Shown here: positions 50,771 through 60,582 of the stretch, piece by piece | Position numbering within the stretch: position 1 is the stretch's first letter | How the letters are laid out: the number at the start of each line of letters is the position of its first letter | NCBI GenBank assembly: GCA_965218095.1 | Contig: OZ244587.1 | Coordinates: forward strand, 352,001 to 416,000 | DNA from: Candidatus Poribacteria bacterium | GTDB lineage: Bacteria > Poribacteria > WGA-4E > PCPOR2b | Direction of reading: 5' to 3' | DNA: 64,000 nucleotides | The notes under the pieces: model-generated | What the model was told of the DNA's origin: nothing | The model's input: the letters and a program-made list of their open reading frames with translations, nothing else | The model's database searches: none | Translations under genes and position numbers: made by a program

Positions 50771-50835
50771 GAATCCATGACGGTGAACTTCTCTAAAGTG
50801 CGGGAAGTGTTTCATCTTCCTTGCGTATTATACAA

Positions 50836-51383
50836 CCCAACTTTCGCATCATATCCGCGTGTTGTGGTAAAATTCCTTACGGGAAACCTGCTTGGGGAAT
50901 ACTGTTGTATCTCGGTTGCTTTTGATCGTTGTGTTCCACACTCCTTTCATAAAGTGGATGGGTATCCGAAGCGGAAATTTGGGGACATAAATTATCTCCC
51001 TTCCTTTCTCTATTTTACCACATCTTTATGTTTTACTCAATATGACTTCGTAGTAAAGATAAACACCAAAATTACAAACGTTACATCCTCATTGATGCCG
51101 AAGATCACTACAAGGAGATATTGTTTTGACGGATGGTAGGAAATACGGGATCTTTAGGTGCGATCGCTCTTTATGTCCTCTACTGTTATCGGTGTATCAC
51201 GGTGAGGGCGCCTTTCTGACTCCGAAACAACTAGGTCAGCGTCGCAGAGCCATAAATCGAATCCTTCGCGTTTATGTATTCACGCTTTCGCCAGTATTCG
51301 ATAGCTTTTCACTGCCTTCGTGTACCCGATACGCTGAATTGACCTTTATACTTCACCCATCTTCAAATGATGCGAAAGGTTAG
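50836..51383. mobile_element. MITE-like element with 17-bp imperfect terminal IRs
   Basis: CCCAACTTTCGCATCAT ... ATGATGCGAAAGGTTAG (14/17 match); no credible ORF inside; no TSD seen. Confidence 0.5.
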
Positions 51384-51445
51384 CTGATGAATACAGGATC
51401 TTTTAGACTCAGTTGGGAATTGTTCTGGGACTTCTCATACGCCTT

Positions 51446-53035
51446 CTAAGTACTCGAATGTTCATAGGGCCCCAGATCTGCATCCTGACCCCGATGGAAA
51501 TGCTTACCCATCAGGTACTTGATCTCCAACTCGACATCGCGGATATAGATCTGAGGGATTACGTCCGGATCGCGTTGGAGCAGGGTCACTTCGAGTGTGT
51601 TCTTGCTACCTTGGGGCCAGTGATTTTCGTCCAGTCGGTAGATGAACCAGTAGCCCGATCCTGTGCGGTAGCACGGCGCACTCATCCGGTACATCTCGTT
51701 GAGTTTGCGCAGCAGTTCATCGGGTAGGTCTACCCCATTCAGCCGGAAGCGCAGGCGGTCAAGTTCAGTCGTGTTCATGATTCGAACGCGGAGGAGGACT
51801 TCGTGGATGCGACCCATCTGATGCCAGCGCGGCAGGTCATCGCTGATCTTAAACTGCACCTCAGTCGGCTGGTTTACTTCCAACGCGGCGGGTAACGTCA
51901 TGGCAATGCCGGGCTCCGTCACAGGCTTCGGATAGCGGCCCGTTTCCGTGGGTACATAGTAGAATTTGTCCTTGGTTGCCATGACATCTGGATGCGGCAG
52001 TTCGCGTAGCTTCTCATAGAAGTCCGCCTGATAGGGCCAGTTCCCGAACCAGTGCGCGAGGTAGAGACCATCAACGCCCTGTGCCCAGCAATTACAGGCT
52101 GTGGCACGAATCATTTCGATGGTGGCCTCTCCCAAACGGTCGGAGTCCACATGGCTCTGGATGGCAGCATGAACCCGGCAATTGGTCCCTTGAGCCGCCG
52201 ACACCAGTGGACTAAAATCAGTCATTGAATCCACCAACTCTGGCCCTGAGAACGTCTGACCGATGACGACATCCACGATGCCTTGCTGCATCCATTCGCG
52301 CACATCCATTCCCACCTTTAGACAGCCTTCGATGCTGGCTGGAATCCGGATTGCTAACTCGCGTTCAGCCCCACGCTGTTTCACTGCCTCGTAGACTCTC
52401 CGAATCCATGCGGTCATGATCTGACGCCCGGCTTCGACTTCGTCTGGGTGAAAGTAATACGGCAAGTAGTTGAGTTGCAATTCAAAGCCGTCAATCGGAT
52501 AGTTGTTCAAGGTCTCTTCGATGAGGGCGAACCGCTCTTCCCGCACCTCGTCGTGTTTGAAGTCGAGGCAGGTCAGGCCGGGGAAGTCAGCCTCCAGATC
52601 GCCGCGAGTGCCAATCTCCAGGTGCGGGTTGTCGAAACGGAAGTTGGAACAGCGAACGTCTTGGTCGCGGGGGCCACGTCCCTGCTGCACCAGAAGAGTG
52701 GGATAAATCAGCATCTCCTTGGCGTGGGCCCGGTCGCAAACAATACGTAAAGGGTCATTGCCCCTGTCAATTAACTGCCTAGCGTTTTGGTGAGCCCGGC
52801 GAAAGATTAGGTGGGGCCACTTTTCCACATTGTGACCCCACAGTTCGCCGACTTTCGTATCGTGCAGGACGGTGCGCCCGTCTCCCAGACAGAACATAAG
52901 CGCCTCCACGGGCGTGCCGACCAGCTCGTCGACCGCCGCCTCGAATTCCTCTTTCTGCATCAAAGGCTCGTACATGTAGATTAGCGGATGGCGTCCATCG
53001 TGGTAAAACATGATGCGTGGTTGTGACATGGTCAT
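51446..53035 (-). CDS. Glycoside hydrolase-like (GHL10-type) TIM-barrel protein
   Basis: DPLRIVCDRAH, LDF....VRE...LIEE...YPIDGFEL, GVDGLYL. Confidence 0.7.
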   Translation of the reverse strand: MTMSQPRIMFYHDGRHPLIYMYEPLMQKEEFEAAVDELVGTPVEALMFCLGDGRTVLHDTKVGELWGHNVEKWPHLIFRRAHQNARQLIDRGNDPLRIVCDRAHAKEMLIYPTLLVQQGRGPRDQDVRCSNFRFDNPHLEIGTRGDLEADFPGLTCLDFKHDEVREERFALIEETLNNYPIDGFELQLNYLPYYFHPDEVEAGRQIMTAWIRRVYEAVKQRGAERELAIRIPASIEGCLKVGMDVREWMQQGIVDVVIGQTFSGPELVDSMTDFSPLVSAAQGTNCRVHAAIQSHVDSDRLGEATIEMIRATACNCWAQGVDGLYLAHWFGNWPYQADFYEKLRELPHPDVMATKDKFYYVPTETGRYPKPVTEPGIAMTLPAALEVNQPTEVQFKISDDLPRWHQMGRIHEVLLRVRIMNTTELDRLRFRLNGVDLPDELLRKLNEMYRMSAPCYRTGSGYWFIYRLDENHWPQGSKNTLEVTLLQRDPDVIPQIYIRDVELEIKYLMGKHFHRGQDADLGPYEHSST

Positions 53036-53182
53036 TTCCTTTCGAGATAAATTTTGGGTTGATTAAACCTTATTCAGGCGGCGGAAGAATACCGGGCAGG
53101 AAAGGCACACAGACAACAACGTGCTCCAGATGTGTTATTTTCATTTGTCTCCCCTTTTGCACAGTGACATCCATTGACGCCA

Positions 53183-54016
53183 TCACGACCAGACAAAAAT
53201 CTCCGGATCGTCTGGGGACATCGCAAGGAAGGTTGCCAGCACGGCACGCGGTTTATCGCCTATGACCGGAGGCACTTCATGAAGGTTTTCGGAGTAGAAG
53301 AAGTAGAGGTCGCCGGGCTCCAGTTGAACCTGAACGTGGGCGATGCCCTGCTCTGTGGCGTATTCCCGGAAGCGGCTTTTCTCACGGGCCTCCTGCACAG
53401 TGGATGACCATGTGCAGTTGTAGAGGAAGGGCTCTCCACTTTCGCCCACCTCATTGGAATTCTGGAAGCAGAGCACCCCGGCGAATTGATGCTGGAACCG
53501 CGAAACCGCATAATTGAACAACTTCGATTTCTTTGACGCGGAGTCATAGTGCGGACCATGTCCCAAGTCAGTGTGGTAGATGCGGAAGATAGCCGGTCCG
53601 TAAAGGCGTCCATCTGGCTCCCGCGCCGTCATCACCCGTTTGTCCGGCGCCAGATGTGATAGCGCCTCGTAAATGGTCTTCACCGGGTCGTCGTACCCGT
53701 CAAACAAGGTCTTGAAAAGTTCATGGGTTCCGGCGGCGTGGGCAAAGAACTTTGCCGGATCGGCATTATGGTGGCCCAAACTGGTACCGATGTCCACGCG
53801 GTGTGGTCTTCTGTCTCCGGCTTTGTGCGGATCATACATCAAGCCACGCTCGTGGAATCGTTGTATGAGTCCCGCGCAGTAGTCAGGATTGTAAGCCTTG
53901 CGCAGGACAATGGCGGGCATCTCACCTGCCGCTAGCGCCACGAGCGGCTGCGGATATTTTTTCAATATGCTAGTTAGGCTACCCTCAACGGGCGTCCATG
54001 TCTGGATTGTTGTCAT
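53183..54016 (-). CDS. Putative 2OG-Fe(II) oxygenase-fold protein
   Basis: HYD ... PGDLYFF....LHEV......R facial-triad pattern. Confidence 0.7.
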   Translation of the reverse strand: MTTIQTWTPVEGSLTSILKKYPQPLVALAAGEMPAIVLRKAYNPDYCAGLIQRFHERGLMYDPHKAGDRRPHRVDIGTSLGHHNADPAKFFAHAAGTHELFKTLFDGYDDPVKTIYEALSHLAPDKRVMTAREPDGRLYGPAIFRIYHTDLGHGPHYDSASKKSKLFNYAVSRFQHQFAGVLCFQNSNEVGESGEPFLYNCTWSSTVQEAREKSRFREYATEQGIAHVQVQLEPGDLYFFYSENLHEVPPVIGDKPRAVLATFLAMSPDDPEIFVWS

Positions 54017-54124
54017 GATTTGGTTGTTCCTCTAAAAGAATGTTCTCCTACATCCCAGGTAAGGCCGGAGGCGTCCTCAAGAGCTCCCGGCTCTGTTTCA
54101 TCCAAGTGTCATGTTCCGTATTAC

Positions 54125-54249
54125 CCGGCGGCATCCACCAGCGCGACCTTGAACGGCCGCCTGCGTAGACTTTCCTTGTACTATTGGGCTCACAGGTATG
54201 ACTCTACAATCGCTGTCGGCAGCATCATGTCCTTCGTAACCGTAAGCAT
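54125..54249 (-). pseudogene. Remnant resembling the N-terminus of a cobalamin-independent methionine synthase-like protein
   Basis: MLTVTKDMMLPTAIVESY*...ESLRRRPFKVAL, with stops. Confidence 0.35.
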
Positions 54250-54512
54250 ACACTGTTCACCTCTACGATCCTTCTCGCTATCTCTTTTTGAGTAATCGCC
54301 ATTCCATGAGAATATAGATTTGTCTATATTGACCCCTGACAGAAGAAAAGATAAGCCGCCAAATCCATCATTTATGGGGAAGAATCGGTAATCTAAAATC
54401 TATCTAAATCTGCAATCAATTGACCTCCTGAACTCCGGCTATATGATACCACATTTTGGGGCTTACAGGACTAAAAACGTCATTTTTCAGGCAGCCTGAT
54501 AGGCACAAATGG

Positions 54513-54541
54513 TTGACTTTTTTTTCAAAGCTGACTATAAT
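54513..54541 (+). promoter_or_regulatory. Sigma70-type promoter
   Basis: TTGACT-17 nt-TATAAT. Confidence 0.7.
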
Positions 54542-54599
54542 CCCCATAGACACTCACCATCTCTATCAATGAGCAGTATACAGATTCGGAGGCGAAAAA

Positions 54600-55265
54600 A
54601 TGATAATCAAGAACAGCAACTACATGATCATTTCGCAGAACTCGAACAACATCTACTGGGAGCAAATCTATCCAGACTGGACGGCGCTCAGCGCGTTCCG
54701 CTATTTTCCAAACCAGAGGATAGGCACGGGCGTGGAGCCGCACTATCATGACAGTGACGAACTCTGGCTTTTCACTGCTGGACGTGGTGAGGTTTGGCTG
54801 GAAGGACAAAGTTTTGATGTCACCCCCAATACGATGGTCTACACCCCAATGGGTGCCGTTCATCGGTTTCAGATGTTCACTGACTATGAAACCAGCGCCA
54901 TCGTCACCCGCCTTGAGCGCCAGAAACGCCCCATACATATCTTAGTCGAGGAAGCGGGACCACCGGTTCCGACAGTTCCAGGATTTGTCGTCCCTGGCGC
55001 CGGCAACAACGGTCCCTTTCCGAGTCGCGGACCACGTTGCCCGTTGAGTGAGTGGCGGGTGATCACATTCGGCGCTGGCGAGGGAGTTGACGAAGCACGC
55101 CTTGCCTGCAACGAGCACTGGTTGGTTATCGGAGGGACCATCCATCTGACGGTTGACGGATTGGGGCTTGAGTTGTCGGGTGACGACTTAGCGTTGCTCA
55201 AAGCTGGGGGTGTAAGATGGATACAATCAGCTAAGGGTGCCCGCGTCGTTTTAGCTCGGGAGTAG
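54600..55265 (+). CDS. Cupin (bicupin-like) protein
   Basis: HYHDSDELW....G.G and P.GAVH metal-binding motifs. Confidence 0.88.
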   Translation: MIIKNSNYMIISQNSNNIYWEQIYPDWTALSAFRYFPNQRIGTGVEPHYHDSDELWLFTAGRGEVWLEGQSFDVTPNTMVYTPMGAVHRFQMFTDYETSAIVTRLERQKRPIHILVEEAGPPVPTVPGFVVPGAGNNGPFPSRGPRCPLSEWRVITFGAGEGVDEARLACNEHWLVIGGTIHLTVDGLGLELSGDDLALLKAGGVRWIQSAKGARVVLARE

Positions 55266-55348
55266 ACCGCCGATTCAAGGTATCTTAATCCGAAGCAGCG
55301 GCATCTAAAGGGTTTCTGTTTTAGATGCGGGATAAATCAGGAAGATAT

Positions 55349-55483
55349 ATGAAAGTCAGAGACATTGTCGAGCAAGGTCAACTGGTTGCTCAAATTGCTC
55401 AACCGGAATTGGAGGATCAGATTACAAAAGCTCAGGCTGAATTGGAAGAACTGACGGCACAGTGCGTGATGCGTGAAACGTAA
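55349..55483 (+). pseudogene. Fragment of an HlyD-type membrane fusion protein
   Basis: VRDIVEQGQLVAQIAQPELEDQI..AQAEL (lipoyl half-motif plus helix). Confidence 0.5.
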
Positions 55484-55548
55484 AACGTGACATAATTCCT
55501 TCCTTCCTTCCCTTCATGCAATACCCATTACGCATCACGTTTCACGTT

Positions 55549-56496
55549 TCAGTACCATCTTGTCTTATCCACCACATTGATCAATGGCTCGCCTGCGACA
55601 AAACGCTTGAGATTTTCACAAAAGAGATCAAAGGTACGCCCCGGCGCTTTTGGGGATTGACCGGCATGATGGGGTGTGACGATCACGTTGTCCATCTCCC
55701 ACAGCAGGCTATCCTGCGGAAGCGGCTCTGGATCCAAAGCATCAAGCCCAGCGCCGGCGATCTCTTTTGCTTGCAGGGCTTCAACCAATGCGATTTGATC
55801 AACGATCCCCCCTCTGGCGATGTTGATCAGGAATGCCGTTGGCTTCATCGTATGAAATTCATTAGCCCCCATCATGCTCTCTGTCTCCGTCGTCAGCGGA
55901 CAACAGATGGCGACGAAATCAGATTGACCGAGCATATCGTGAAACCGATCGATTTTCCAGAGGGCTTCGACGTAATCCGGCTTATACGTCTGTGTCGGAT
56001 CGACGGCGAGGATGCGCATATCGAAAGCCGTGGCCCGTTTGGCGACCTGTAGACCGATGCTTCCGAGACCGAGGATGCCGAGTGTCTCTCCGGCAATCTC
56101 AAGGACCGGCAGATTCGCACGACTTTCCCAGACTTTGTCCATCTGCCGTTTGATGGTGATATGGATGGTTCGCGTGAAGGCGAGAATCAGCGCCATGACG
56201 TGCTCAGCGATGTTGATCGCGGTTTCCCCGCGCGCGTTTGTGAGGACAATGTCGCTGTTGACCAGTTCAGGAAATCTCATCCTTTCAACGCCAACGCCTC
56301 CGACCTGAATCCAACGGAGTCTTTCGGCGCGCTGGATCATTTCGGACGTTGGCCTTAGTCCAAGAAGCGCATCAGCGTCTTGGATCTCGTGTAGTAGTTC
56401 TTCATCCGTTGTCGCCCTCACGAAATTGACATCAGGAGCGATTGCACGGACAGTCTTCAGTTGCTCTTCGCTTAAACGATCTGTAATGATTTTCAT
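55549..56496 (-). CDS. D-2-hydroxyacid dehydrogenase
   Basis: GILGLGSIG, INIARG, AGLD, VTPH. Confidence 0.94.
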   Translation of the reverse strand: MKIITDRLSEEQLKTVRAIAPDVNFVRATTDEELLHEIQDADALLGLRPTSEMIQRAERLRWIQVGGVGVERMRFPELVNSDIVLTNARGETAINIAEHVMALILAFTRTIHITIKRQMDKVWESRANLPVLEIAGETLGILGLGSIGLQVAKRATAFDMRILAVDPTQTYKPDYVEALWKIDRFHDMLGQSDFVAICCPLTTETESMMGANEFHTMKPTAFLINIARGGIVDQIALVEALQAKEIAGAGLDALDPEPLPQDSLLWEMDNVIVTPHHAGQSPKAPGRTFDLFCENLKRFVAGEPLINVVDKTRWY

Positions 56497-56659
56497 GGGT
56501 TGTTCTTTCCTTTGTTAATTTGAGATTAGATCTACTGGTCCTGCGAAGCTTTTTCGACAGTAATTTTCCGCTTGAGTATTTCACATTTCACGCATCACAG
56601 CTTCGTTCCGAGATTCCGAGAATCGGGGTCAGCTACGCGAGACTAGGCTCTGCGCCGAT

Positions 56660-58216
56660 CTATCGGGGTTTTATGCTGCATGTCTCAATCGCTTTCGGGA
56701 CAGCATTCAATACATCCCCTGCCATCAGTCCATGCAGCCCGACCGATTCAACGGCGATGTCGCCTGCGAGCCCGTGCAGGTAAACGCCTAGCACCGCGGC
56801 GTCATAACTCGACAGTTTCTGCGCCATAAGTCCCGCAATGATTCCCGTCAGCACATCTCCCATGCCGCCGGTTGCCATGCCGGGATTCCCTGTTGAGTTT
56901 ATCCATACCTCCCCATTTCCGCCTGCGGTCACAGTCGGTGCGCCTTTGAGGACAAGCGTGATGTTGTGTGCCTGGACAAACCGCTGGGCAATCCCGATCC
57001 GGTCCCGCTCCAACTCCACGACGGTCCCACCGATGAGCCGCGTCATTTCACCCGGATGAGGCGTAAGCACGGTTTCAGGCGATAGCGATGAAAGGAGCGC
57101 TTTCGATTTTGAGAGGGCATTTAATCCATCGGCATCAATCACGGTTGGGCGCTCACTTTCACGGACTAAGCTGTCAACCAGGGCAACGGTTTCAGGTTGC
57201 TGTGACAGTCCGGGCCCAATAGCGAGAACGGAATTCGTTGGCTCAACGAAGTCGAGGATTTGCGACTTGGCATCGAGCGCCAATGCGCCTTCAGTTGTTT
57301 CGGGCAGGGGAAGCGTCATCACTTCGGTGAGCTTCATCTCCAGGATTGGGTTGAGGCTTTTCGGAATGCCGAGCGTTACCAGCCCTGCGCCAACACGCAA
57401 TGCCCCCTCACTTGTCAAAGCCGCAGCACCCGTCATACCGGTAGATGCAGCCACGACAAAAACACGTCCATACGTGCCTTTGTGGGAATGCGTATAACGA
57501 GGTGGTATCCATTGTGCCGCATCAGCTGGTTGCGTCCAGTTCACCTGAATATTTTGGGCGTCAATGACGCTCGGTGGGAAACCAATCTCAGCGACTTCGA
57601 GTTGTCCTGTGAGAGTTGCCCCCGGATGGATAAGCAATCCCCGCTTGGGAAGTCCCATGGTGACGGTGCAGGTGGCTTGAACGCATGCGCCCTCCGCCAT
57701 ACCGGTATCGGCTTCCAGACCAGAGGGGAGATCGATGGAGACAATCGGGCGCTCCGTTGCGTTGATATATTCAATGACGTCCGCAATATAGCCGCGCACA
57801 CCGCCCCGTAAGCCGGTCCCGAAAATAGAATCGACAATAAGATCGCACAACGCAATCTGGCTTTCTAATTGATCCAGATCCCCTTCCGAAAGGATTTGTA
57901 CGATCGGGAGATCAAGATTTCGCGCGATTTGTAGATTGGTTAACGCATCTCCGGTGAAGCCATCCGGCGGAGAAACAAGAAAGATTTGAACCGACTGACC
58001 GGCAAGCGCAAGCTGTCTTGCGACGACCAATCCATCGCCGCCGTTGTTTCCCTTGCCGACAACAATCCCGACCCGCTGACATCCGGGGAAGTGCCTGTGG
58101 ATGGCTCGGACGACGGCGCTTCCTGCGTTTTCCATCAGCACCACGCCAAGGATGCCAATCTCCTCAATTGTTTGTCGATCAATTTCGCGCATCTCTTGCG
58201 CAGTAACAACTTTCAT
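56660..58216 (-). CDS. nnr: Bifunctional NAD(P)H-hydrate epimerase/dehydratase
   Basis: LMENAG, GNNGGDG, D.PSG, HKGTYG, DADGLN, TPHPGE, ATGGMGDVL. Confidence 0.95.
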   Translation of the reverse strand: MKVVTAQEMREIDRQTIEEIGILGVVLMENAGSAVVRAIHRHFPGCQRVGIVVGKGNNGGDGLVVARQLALAGQSVQIFLVSPPDGFTGDALTNLQIARNLDLPIVQILSEGDLDQLESQIALCDLIVDSIFGTGLRGGVRGYIADVIEYINATERPIVSIDLPSGLEADTGMAEGACVQATCTVTMGLPKRGLLIHPGATLTGQLEVAEIGFPPSVIDAQNIQVNWTQPADAAQWIPPRYTHSHKGTYGRVFVVAASTGMTGAAALTSEGALRVGAGLVTLGIPKSLNPILEMKLTEVMTLPLPETTEGALALDAKSQILDFVEPTNSVLAIGPGLSQQPETVALVDSLVRESERPTVIDADGLNALSKSKALLSSLSPETVLTPHPGEMTRLIGGTVVELERDRIGIAQRFVQAHNITLVLKGAPTVTAGGNGEVWINSTGNPGMATGGMGDVLTGIIAGLMAQKLSSYDAAVLGVYLHGLAGDIAVESVGLHGLMAGDVLNAVPKAIETCSIKPR

Positions 58217-58279
58217 CGTTTCTCCCCAATTTAGCCAATTCGTAAGCGTTCAGGGGTCGGGTGAACGCTTACGCCAATT

Positions 58280-59008
58280 CTACCTCGATCTCCACGCAAG
58301 TGCTAAAACATCCATCGTTATGGCGACAAGCCCGTGGATCGCCGCACCGTAGATAAAAGATCGTGTCTCAAGGGCAACAACACCAAGTAGCACGCCTGCA
58401 ACAATCGATCCCATCGCTTCCGCAAAAGGTTTTCTCCCGTGCATTACAGCGAACGGGAGGGTCTGAATGAGAATACTATAGGCGCCGAACCGTTTCTCCA
58501 GCCCAAACAGCATAAAGCCGCGAAAGAAAAACTCCCAGGAGAACATATAGATGCCATAAGCAATCTCATACGGGATGAAGACCTGCCAACTGCTCCCAGC
58601 AACCTTGCAAAGTGGGTATTGCTGCTGAAAAGCTGGGAAAAGCTGTAATGCCAAAAGCATCAGTAGGAGCATAAGTATCCAACCCCCGAAAACGAATCCC
58701 CATCCCAGCTTTCCGTGACTCAAACGGAAGCCGTAATCGCGAATCTTGTCCTTTACCCCGAACTTCATAACAAGGATCGGCAGCAGCAGCAGCGTAACTG
58801 CACTCGTCAAAAACCAGTAATAGTAAGGATAAATCTTCCTGAGTGGATGCGCAATAAAGCGTTTCCCAAAATGCTGACGGAAGAAACTTCTTCCACTGCC
58901 AAACCGATAGAGTGTCAACAGTACAGACGAGCCGATCAAGATGATTGTGGTTCGCCGATCCAGTCCGTGCAGGTATTTTCGCTTCTTTTCTTGTATCCAC
59001 GTAATCAC
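58280..59008 (-). CDS. CPBP (CAAX/Abi) intramembrane protease
   Basis: WEFFFRG, FAVMH, IH in a multi-TM context. Confidence 0.9.
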   Translation of the reverse strand: MITWIQEKKRKYLHGLDRRTTIILIGSSVLLTLYRFGSGRSFFRQHFGKRFIAHPLRKIYPYYYWFLTSAVTLLLLPILVMKFGVKDKIRDYGFRLSHGKLGWGFVFGGWILMLLLMLLALQLFPAFQQQYPLCKVAGSSWQVFIPYEIAYGIYMFSWEFFFRGFMLFGLEKRFGAYSILIQTLPFAVMHGRKPFAEAMGSIVAGVLLGVVALETRSFIYGAAIHGLVAITMDVLALAWRSR

Positions 59009-59165
59009 GGGTTTTCCTTGCTTTTCCTCACTGACCTTTTCCTCTTAACTATCCCTGTCGCTTTTGAGGATTTAGGCGTTGGCACAAAAGGACAATCAGT
59101 ATGGCGGAGCCTATAATTGGCAGAAGCCACTTTACCTGGGTATTGCACACCTTCATAGAATCCTT

Positions 59166-59270
59166 CTACCTGATAATATCGCAATTCGGCAATGCACTCT
59201 TCAAGTCAACTTCCCCCTCGTTACTAATCTTTGTGCTCTGGAGATCTAGCTTCTGAAGCGAAGTGAATCC
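59166..59270 (-). pseudogene. LRR C-terminal cap remnant
   Basis: FTSLQKLDLQSTKISNEGEVDLKSALPNCDI*. Confidence 0.55.
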
Positions 59271-59668
59271 CTTTTACTGACCTGAAGCACCAGTGCTTTC
59301 CCGTCTGGAATGGCAACATGACCTCGCGCATCCCCGTCATCAGAGACTTCCGAAGTCTCATCACTCTCTCAATTGCGTAAGTCCTGAATAGATAGAAATT
59401 TGCGGTTAGTATAGCATATCACGTAGAGGCTTTCAATAGGAGTTCATTGCCTTTCGCATAACTTTGTGCGATCTGAAGGAAAGATTTCCCGTCATATTGG
59501 AATTGATTATCTTGACGCCGTGTGATATACTGACCTTTGTTTTATACCAATTTCGCTCATGTTAAGAAATCGTGCAAAGAAACCGAGTTTCTCAGAGAAA
59601 TTCGGTTTCTCTTGGCGACTTTGCACTTCTTTTTGACATGAGCCACCTTTTCTCACAACGCCTGAATC

Positions 59669-59988
59669 TAATGACAAGAAAAGCACTTTTCGCTAGCCGA
59701 CTCATAACACTGATTGGTCTGATGCTCCTGGCTCATTTCGCTCACTCCCATGATGCGTTCTTGCCGCATCATCGTGAAGATTTTGACGCAATGACGCGCC
59801 GACAGGAGTTGCAGACCACTGTGCTGATCATTACGACCGGGTTCATCGCCGTGTCGGCTGCGGTTTTCTATGTCGCTTCGCGAGGTGGTAGAAAGGGAAA
59901 TCAAGAAGTCCATGATACAGAACAAACACGCTTAGAACGCGCAACAAAGGGAGCGGCGCAAGCGGCATACGCTGTCCTCCTCGATTAG
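59669..59988 (+). CDS. Small exported/membrane hypothetical protein
   Basis: Signal-like leader, AHSHDAFLPHH, one TM segment; start uncertain. Confidence 0.5.
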
Positions 59989-60582
59989 GGAACTCCTGAT
60001 GAGACAATCCGTGCAGCCCTCGCAGCTTACGCCCATGCTTCCGGCGTTGCATGGAATCAGAATTCTGTTGTGGTGAGCGGGGAAGCCATCCGCTGTAAAA
60101 TTGGGTCGGATGTGGTCGTCGTCAAAATCTTTAATCCGCTAGGCAAATGTGAGATCGAAGTCAGCGCCTCTTGTGATGAGACAAACGCGAAATCCGTACT
60201 GGAAGTATCAAGCGCTCTTTGATCGGGGTTGGTCGTCAGATTTGATTTGTCCGATGAGGATTTATTCTTCACCCCATTCAGCAGGGCGATGAGAATAATG
60301 TCCGTCCCAGTGTTTTCATGAACCTTTTGAGCTTTTAGATCTCATCACAGATGCAATTCAGTAAAACGAAGGAAACGAATATAAAATCGTGGAGACTAGC
60401 TTAGATAAAACCTTGCGAAGGTTTAGAATCTTCGCAAGGTTGGATACCTGCGGTTTCTTATCCCAAAGCAGGTCGTCAGCGGGTGAGAGGCGATCATCGA
60501 ATCGGGAGTGTATCGTGGGAGGGTTGCTTCAAACTGAAAACATGAATCGTCAAGGATTTCATTTTACCAGAAGGAAAGGATT

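Noticed and set aside
50693-51445. Complete ORF-less group II intron
   Set aside because: No GUGYG 5' end on the minus strand, and the upstream region is bounded by IS-like inverted repeats.
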